A stretch of 64,000 nucleotides of DNA from Ancylonema sp. (Eukaryota): contig JBFLGF010000119.1 of assembly GCA_050230475.1 (NCBI GenBank), positions 1 to 64,000 of the forward strand. Reading direction: 5' to 3'. Positions 52,894 to 64,000 of this stretch are shown here, in pieces. Position 1 is the first letter of the stretch. Each line of letters opens with the position of its first letter. Position numbers and translations under genes: made by a program. The notes beneath the pieces were generated by a model, which saw nothing but the letters and a program-made list of their open reading frames with translations, was not told the origin of the DNA and did no database searches.

Positions 52894-53926
52894 CAGTGCT
52901 CTCTCGATATAACGACCTTTTTTTTCCAGTAAAGTGTCGTTACATCGAGGTACTACAAGAATCTGAAATCTCTGTTCTTGTATTGATGGACATTTGCGAA
53001 TGAAGCAAAGTGCATAACCAAATGTGTTTATTATGTGTTTCCTAGAAAAGTTGCCGTGGCATGATTATGCAATTCAGCGTGTGTGTTGATATAAGAGTTG
53101 TACAATTGCGTCATGGTACTAATACATGCGGATGGACAAAGTATACCACAATCTTTACAAGGAGAGTCGGGGAGGTATTAAGGTTGTTACAAAGCAACAC
53201 CGGACATGCACATTCTGTTGGAGATGGAGTAAAAGCAATAGACGGTTGGAACAATAACATCATGGATAGTTTTTAACAGTTAGTAACTTTAACATTGAAT
53301 GAGTGTAACTTGTGAGTGTTTTGCAACCCAGGAGGAACTACCACTACATATACATGAGCATAGTTCTGGACCATTCGAGGAGGACGGAGGCAGCGTTCTC
53401 TTGATATGACATATGGAACAACTCAAACACGTAGAGACTTTGAGATGTCGTTCATTAGGTTTCTAGATTTTTCTCGATTTCCATACATCGTTTTCTGCGA
53501 GCAATAGCGTCACCGTAGTGGCCATACATAATGACCCGGTTTGAAGAATTGAGTTAATTTAACGAAGAAACCACCACTTGACCCAACCCGCGCACCCAAT
53601 ATAAAATTTCCGAAAATCCTGAAAAATATTTATAATGTGGTGACCCACATTATAGAATGACCCACTTTTTAAAAAAATTGAATTATTTAATTTGACCAGA
53701 CCCACCCTTTTCATAATTATTTGCTGGTCATTATGTGTGGCCAATACGGTTTATACACAGTATAACGACATTCAGTAACAAATTTCTGACATAATTTGTC
53801 GTTATATAGAGTGTCGTTATGCTAATATCGAGGGCGATTTCATATTGATTAAAAAAAAAAACCTAAAAACTGTCGTTATATCGAGGTTGTCGTTATAAAG
53901 AGGGTCGTTATATCGAGGGAGCACTG
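52894..53926. mobile_element. Pogo/Tigger-like non-autonomous element
   Basis: TIR CAGTGCTCTCTCGATATAACGACC / GGTCGTTATATCGAGGGAGCACTG; TA TSD. Confidence 0.88.
53513..53749. mobile_element. CCGTA-terminus MITE nested in the pogo-like element; same TIR family as 39064-41286
   Basis: CCGTAGTGGCCATACATAATGACC / GGTCATTATGTGTGGCCAATACGG. Confidence 0.85.
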
Positions 53927-54720
53927 TATGTGCTCAACAACATTTCCGATCGTTGTACACTGAGCGCATCAATCTAGAACTTTACTCCCCAAAAAAAAAA
54001 TGTGCTCTTCCCACAAATAGCCTTCTTTCCATGGAAAAATTTCTTCCGCAGCCACCTTCCCTCTGCATATGGTCTCCTGGTTTTGCTTCCTGACCATTGA
54101 ACTACAAAAGTTACACGTACCCACACCTCATCTCTCCCCCGCCCCCCATGACTCCTCAATCCAGACGAGATCCAAGCAACAATTCAGCCATAAGCATGGC
54201 CAGTCCTGGACAGTCAGAGCAACATGGTCCCCTCACAAAAATAGAACCCCCCAAAGCACCCCCCCCCCATGATTTCCTGTCCTACACACCCCTGCAACAC
54301 ACAGCACCCACCCCCAACCCCCCCCCACCCCCACCCCCCACCCCCCAAACGAAACAAGATGACAGCAAGGCAGCCAGCCGGAGGCAAGCAGAGCAGGGCA
54401 GCAGGGGGTGAACTGAAGCCTTGTTGACGAGAAAACAGCTGTCCCTGCCTGCCCTGCCACCTGGCACTCAAGCTTTGTGCCTTCCTGTCATACCAAAGGA
54501 CACAGTCACAGACCACCATCCCATTCCCCACCCAACCAAGAAAAATAGAGTCATATATCGGCACAATATGTCATCACAAAACAGCAGAAAGACATGTCAT
54601 GAATGATGCATCCACTATCCTCGTGTGCCATATTTAGCATCAATGTTCACCATGCCCGCTTTCTCGAAAACAGATCTCCAGCCTTTGCGTGGACTTTACC
54701 TGTTCGCAGATTCCACCTGA

Positions 54721-58497
<3,777 letters not shown>

Positions 58498-58669
58498 TGT
58501 TCCGCGCAGAACAGGTCGAGCTCTGCCAGCCCGTGTTATCCGCACCTTATCTCCAAAGCGAATAGCTTTCCTTCAGCTGTTAACCCACTGCGCGATCGGT
58601 CTCCTTTCTTCTCCGGTCTGAGTGCGAAATGTCGAAGGAATTTTGCACGGGTGCACGTGGGGTTTAAGA

Positions 58670-60072
58670 TAGTGATCGGGTAGCCCGCGAGCCCGCGAGC
58701 TTGCGGGCTCCGAGTCCGTGATCCTGAATGATCCTGCGGGCTCGCAATCTTCGGGCTCAAAGGGCTCCGAGCTCCTAGGGGCTCGTGGCAAGGGCTCTGG
58801 CGGGCTCGGACGGGCTCAAATGGGCTCGTTGACTTTTGGCCGTTCTGGCTCGTCTTGAAAAAACCATGAAAGCCCGTAGACCATAGTGGAAAAGTGGCCT
58901 CTCACTAATGAATTCATGTCAAGTTCAGGACCCCTCCCTTTCGATGACGGAAGTTGTTCCGAGTCATTGTTTACCTATTTATCTAAATAGGGAGAAATAT
59001 TGTCTCAAATTGTAGACCTATAAGAACGAGAGTTGGGAGTTGGGAGTTGCAAAAATGCAATGGGTAGTGTATTTCAAATCTGATTGGTACGCTGGTTTAT
59101 TTAGGTAATGTCTTAAGCTCGAATGTGGTTGTATGGATCTAGCACTTCCTTGAGATATAGTACATCGGTGTGAATCTCGTAAGACTTCTCTAACTAAATA
59201 TTAATTGATTGAGGCTTATCGGCTACGACACGATCGGTTCCAAATGTCTTTGAACCACTTTCTATGTGAATAAGAGGGGCAACAGGTTGTTATTCAGGTT
59301 GATATTTAGGTCGGAATCAACCCAAACGTATGATTTCACAGAGTGATTGGTTGGTGGTTCGGTAGAGTGTTGGGCTAACAATTCAATGGTGTACATTTTC
59401 ATTTCGTTTCAATATCATGCTAATAAATATACATTTGAAAAATTGATTCTCGTATGCATGCTCGAAATGAAAGTATCAAAACCTTGGAGTGGATCTCGTC
59501 TTACAACGCATTATCCCCAAAGTTGAACAAAGCCCAAAACATTAACGAAACCTCCAAGGTTTTTTGGGTTTTATTGTACTAATTATGAGTAGATGTAAAA
59601 ACCACCAATTTTGTTGTTGTATGTATGCTTGTGTGGAGGTGCTCGTGTGTGTGTGTGTGCGGAAATGCATGAATCGGTTTGATACATCAACGCATCTATT
59701 AAGAGCATGTCGCTCTTTAAACATTGTCCGTTCATCAAAGGACTTGCACATTCATATTATAACTCCAACAAATAGCATATGTCATATGTTGGGATATGAC
59801 ATATGCGTTTATACGCATTCATATGAACAGAGTTGGGCACATCACGTGTTTTGTTTTTCGTTTTTTGTTTGTTTTTTCTAATCGAATGAATCTAAAAAAA
59901 TACGGAGCCCGTACGTTTTTCCATAGGGAGCCCGTCGAGCCCGCGAGCCCTTCTTGAGCTCGTTGGGCTCCAAGAGCCCGTTGACCTCGGCGAGCCCGTC
60001 CGGGCTCGGAGGTACGAGCCCGTTTAAGGAGCCCGTTGGGCTCGCGAGCCTGGACCCGGAGCCTAGGGATTT
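58670..60072. mobile_element. hAT-like element copy 2 (right end truncated), ~170 bp upstream of the SR45 ATG
   Basis: Starts TAGTGATCGGGTAGCCCGC; colinear with 24683-27551, including the GAGCCC repeats. Confidence 0.8.
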
Positions 60073-61191
60073 ACGATTCTTACCGAGGAAGCGGGTTCAT
60101 AACTATTTCTGAAGCTGAACAACAAAGATGCGCATCTTCGATACACATGGACAACATGGACGATCAAATCGGAAGTAGGAACCTCTAGCTCTCGCTGCTT
60201 TTTATCACGTCTATATATCTCTAGCTACTACCCAAGCCAAGCCTCCGTCCCATCCAATGCATGCATGGCTACATGCAATTTACTCAAGCATTCTTTAGTA
60301 GTGAGCCTTCGCATAACCACCACCATGTCATTCTCCTCTACCAACAATTTCGTCTTGAGATTCAACATTAATCTCCGACTTCAGCTCTCACTTCTCATTA
60401 CAGATTCGGGTTCCTTTTGTAAATCATTAGATAGGTCGTCATCTCCACATGCATCAAGATGGAGGGAAGACACTTCCGATTACATTTTTTTGTCGAATCC
60501 CTACAACTGCTTTCAAAACTTACTGTAACGCGATCATTTGCAAAGTTGGCACATGACCAATGCCCCACTTTTTTCTCGCGTTGATGTTTCTTAGCATGCT
60601 CCTCAGTGGAGGACGTTTTGGATATCAACTATGACTAAGTATCTAGTAGATACTATCTACAACCATGGTAGCTCTCTAAAGACCCTATTATACATATAGT
60701 ATCATGTAAGTATCATATAGTAGTAAATGCATCTTCCCATCAAGTAACACATGGAAAAATATTTTCCCACTTCACAACCCTTCGAACATTGAATTCTGCG
60801 AAAACTACTGAAATTTTGTCATATATCATATTTGATAGATGTACAACTTCTATAATTTGCTTCGACATAAATCATTTGCGCTTCGAGCAAGCTTATTGCA
60901 AGTTACATTCTCAAGAATCTCGCGATCGAGTGATTGCTTTTTTTTCGTTTTTATCTCCAACACATGCATCATGCATCATGCCTGAATTGATGTAGATGGC
61001 TTGGTTTTTTCACTCAGCTGTAGAAAGATTGATAGCGTTCGCCAACATTTCCAAGAGTCACCTCTACTAATGATAACGAGGCGCGTCTAACACGGAACGC
61101 AATAAAGGCGGAAAAGAAAACGTGGTTTGCTTTTTTCACTTGTGTGTCTTGCATCTTCCGTCCACAACATGTCTCTCTTGCAACCATTTCA

Positions 61192-61476
61192 TAGTTGGGC
61201 CCGATCCGATCCGGGAATATCCGATCTACGATCGATCCAAATCGAAACGGTCCGATCCGGATCGGAGGCGCCAGTCATTAGGTGTAGTCGATAGGAAAAA
61301 AAGTTTGTATGCACTCATAGTGGCGTAAAACCCCTAAAACCGTGTTTTCCCCTTCTTTTCTTTTCTGTTTCAGTTAAGACCAATCCAATCGAAATATGTC
61401 CAATCCGGCGCGGATCCGGATCCGGATCCGGATCCGGATCCGGATCCGGGAGCGGGATGGATCATGCGAAACACTA
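61192..61476. mobile_element. Probable hAT-like MITE with GATCC(G) subterminal repeats and a (GGATCC)n tract
   Basis: Begins TAGTTGGGCCCGATCC and ends GGATCATGCGAAACACTA; palindromic hexamer run at ~61411-61449. TIR match is weak. Confidence 0.45.
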
Positions 61477-62039
61477 AACTATTTTATACCTATGCTAGAA
61501 ATTGCCTATACAAGCCTATACAAAGCCTATACAAAGAAATTGGTTTTTGTCGATGAAAAAATATACACAAATGAATAAATAACTTCACTATAATGGACTT
61601 GAACGAGAAGGTTAAAAGCGATGCACTCCACAGTACAGGCACACCAGCCAACACAAGACACCGTAGAAGTATTTTGGGGAATGGACGTACCTCGGGTATC
61701 GGGAGACTGCAGAAGATATTGGACTGTAATCATTAACAATGTCAAGAATTGTCAGACGAGGTGCATCTCCCACCCCACACATGCACGCGAAAGAAATCGC
61801 AAAAAGTAAGTAGTTCCATCTCGCGTCCGTGTATGGCACGATGTAGACCAACAAAAAAATAAATAAATGATTGGTCATCTATCAAATGTCGCCACTCCCC
61901 ACAAGCATGCATCGCCGCCCGACACGTCTCACGACATACATTCCCACCACACGACTTCGCTTACGAAACACACATCACCTTCCACGTCAGCACATTGTCA
62001 CGGACGACAAACGACGCAACATTTTGATGCTGAGAGAGC

Positions 62040-62939
62040 TCACATGTTGTTCGAGAAATTGAATGACGCGGTGAACCACGAGGGCCTATCGCGGTTATAA
62101 CGGGCCATGTACTTGTTCGGAGGAACGTAGTGGGGCCCAACTCGGCTTCGCACGCACGAAGTGAAGTTCGGATTGGCTTTCCGAATCACGGAGTCGGCGT
62201 TCACACCGAAATCCATCCCCGCGTAATTCCTGAACCCCGCCGTGGCCGCGTCGTACGAAGAGTTCCCGACCGCGTTCATTCCGAACACGACCTTGGTTTG
62301 GTCGCAGTTGAGGAAGGAAGGGGCCACTGGCGTGTCAACAAGCACGAGTTGGACGGAATTTCCAGTGGGGATGCCGCTGCAGTTCCCGGTGACGGCAAGG
62401 GAGGAGACAGATCACCTTCGGGGTTACAGGATTGCCCGTTGTACGCGGTCTGCTGGCAGAAGTTGTTGAGCCAAGGGAATTGCTGCATGCCAAGTTGTTT
62501 TGGAAGTCAGAATACCTCCGAGGTCGATTCTGCGCAAACGTTGCACACAATCCCCAACGGCACAAATGCAAATGAAAGATTCAAGTGGATCAAGTGGAGG
62601 GAAGGGAAGAGGAGGCCGCACCAACCTCCCCTCCATGCAGAACACCCTTCATATACATCATTCATCCTTCATCATTCATCATTCATCACTCATCATTCAT
62701 CATTCATCATTCATCATTCATCAACCATCATTCATCATTCATCATTCATCATTCATCACTCATCATTCATCATTCATCATTCATCATTCATCAACCATCA
62801 TTCATCATTCATCATTCATCATCCATTATTCATTGTTCATTATTCATCATTCATCATCCATTATTCATTGTTCATTATTCATCATTCATCATTCATCATT
62901 CATCCTTCACCATTCATCATTCATCATCTATCATTCATC

Positions 62940-63005
<66 letters not shown>

Positions 63006-63921
63006 CATCCTTCATCCTTCACCATTCCTTCTCCATTCCTTCTCCTACCTTTTGCAAGATGTCGGTATTGAAGTATTGCACCCGTGATTTCTCCCAATAG
63101 GTCCCTGGGTCCATCTCGCAGATGTTGACATTGTAGTTTTGGCAGCTCAACCACCCGGAACGACCCCCTGTGCGGACCATCAAAAGGTCGCGGATCACGT
63201 TCCTAGGGGGGACACAAAAGGGACCAAAGCACAACAATGAGCGCACGGACAGTTATAACGAGAAATGAAACAAGACCTTTCTTCTATGACAACCAGAAGC
63301 TTCTTACAACTTGGATCTCGAGCCCCTGAAACGGAGAACACACTTAGTTTGTCCCACTCTTCCGGACATCGAGTGGGTACGTACTCCGTCTCCGTTGTCG
63401 TAGCACGCCCCGCCCTCCACCACCACTCCCGAGGTGCAGTAGTCGAGGTAGTAGCAGTGGCCAGGGCCGCTCACGTAGTTACAACGGAGGCGGTTATCTA
63501 GGAACAAATACAAAAATAAAGAAAGGGGGGATGCGGGGGGGGTAAATATGAGGCGCCGCCCAACGCCCCAACCTAACATCCCAATCATCACAACCCTCAA
63601 GCACCCCCGAAAATGAGATCCTGGATTGTGGGACTCAATATCGGCAAGTTTGGAGTGGCAGTGCCTAGTGGCCACGCACCCGGGTTAAACCAGTGCAGGT
63701 CGAAGTAGATCCCCGCCCCATCTGTGTTGAACCCCTGCTGCGCGATGCTCCCCTCGTTGGTCACCAAGTTGTAGTCGAACGAATTTGCAAAGCAGTCCCC
63801 CGTATTGTGCACGCCGAATCCGCACACGATCCCCGCAAAGAGGAAGCCGTGGATGTGGTTGTGCCGCAAAATGTTGCCCACCGCACCATAGCTCAAAAAA
63901 ACGCCAACGTCCAACTGGTCG
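62040..63921 (-). CDS. 3' exons of a right-handed parallel beta-helix (pectin-lyase-like fold) protein; 5' end lies beyond the window
   Basis: GNILRHNHIH, NSFDYNLV..DGAGIYFD, NRLRCNYV..CYYLDYCTSGVVVEG and the C-terminal DFGVNADSVIRKANPNF..VGP. Exons are bounded by GT-AG introns. One apparent frameshift near 62400. Confidence 0.65.
62657..63020. repeat. (TTCATCA)n 7-mer tandem repeat in an intron
   Basis: Degenerate heptamer array of ~360 bp. Confidence 0.95.
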
Positions 63922-64000
63922 CCTACACACAGACAATAGGCAATGGACATGAGCAATTGGCAATAGGAAATAGGCAATAAGTAATAGGCGATAGGGGGGC

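Noticed and set aside
60260..60640. Short ORFs possibly from a transposase or zinc finger
   Set aside because: No motif could be supported.
62130..63100. His/Ser/Ile-rich plus-strand ORFs (313, 195, 171 aa)
   Set aside because: Arise from the 7-mer repeat and the antisense strand of the beta-helix gene.

Overview
Eukaryotic, intron-rich green-plant DNA. The gene families suggest a streptophyte, probably an alga or early-diverging land plant; the species cannot be determined. Host genes: an NSH2/URH2-like nucleoside hydrolase, an EDRF1-like gene, a single-exon ARGOS/OSR-like membrane protein, an ECT/YTHDF m6A reader, glutathione synthetase, SR45, and the 3' part of a bacterial-type right-handed beta-helix gene that runs off the window. 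Much of the rest is nested mobile DNA: a full-length decayed Ty1/copia element, a full-length decayed chromodomain Ty3/gypsy element, a decayed PIF1 helicase + AP-endonuclease (Helentron-like) element, and many hAT-, Mutator- and Tc1/pogo-like non-autonomous elements. The strongest unexplained signals are: (i) a 571-bp miniature LTR element whose primer-binding site is complementary to its own predicted transcript 5' end (Tf1-type self-priming) and which also carries a sense tRNA 3' fragment; (ii) an endonuclease-bearing Helentron-like element in a plant-lineage genome; (iii) the ARGOS-like gene; (iv) a ~510-bp AT-rich palindrome in an SR45 intron. Exon boundaries were read by eye, and protein calls rest on recognised motifs, not database searches.
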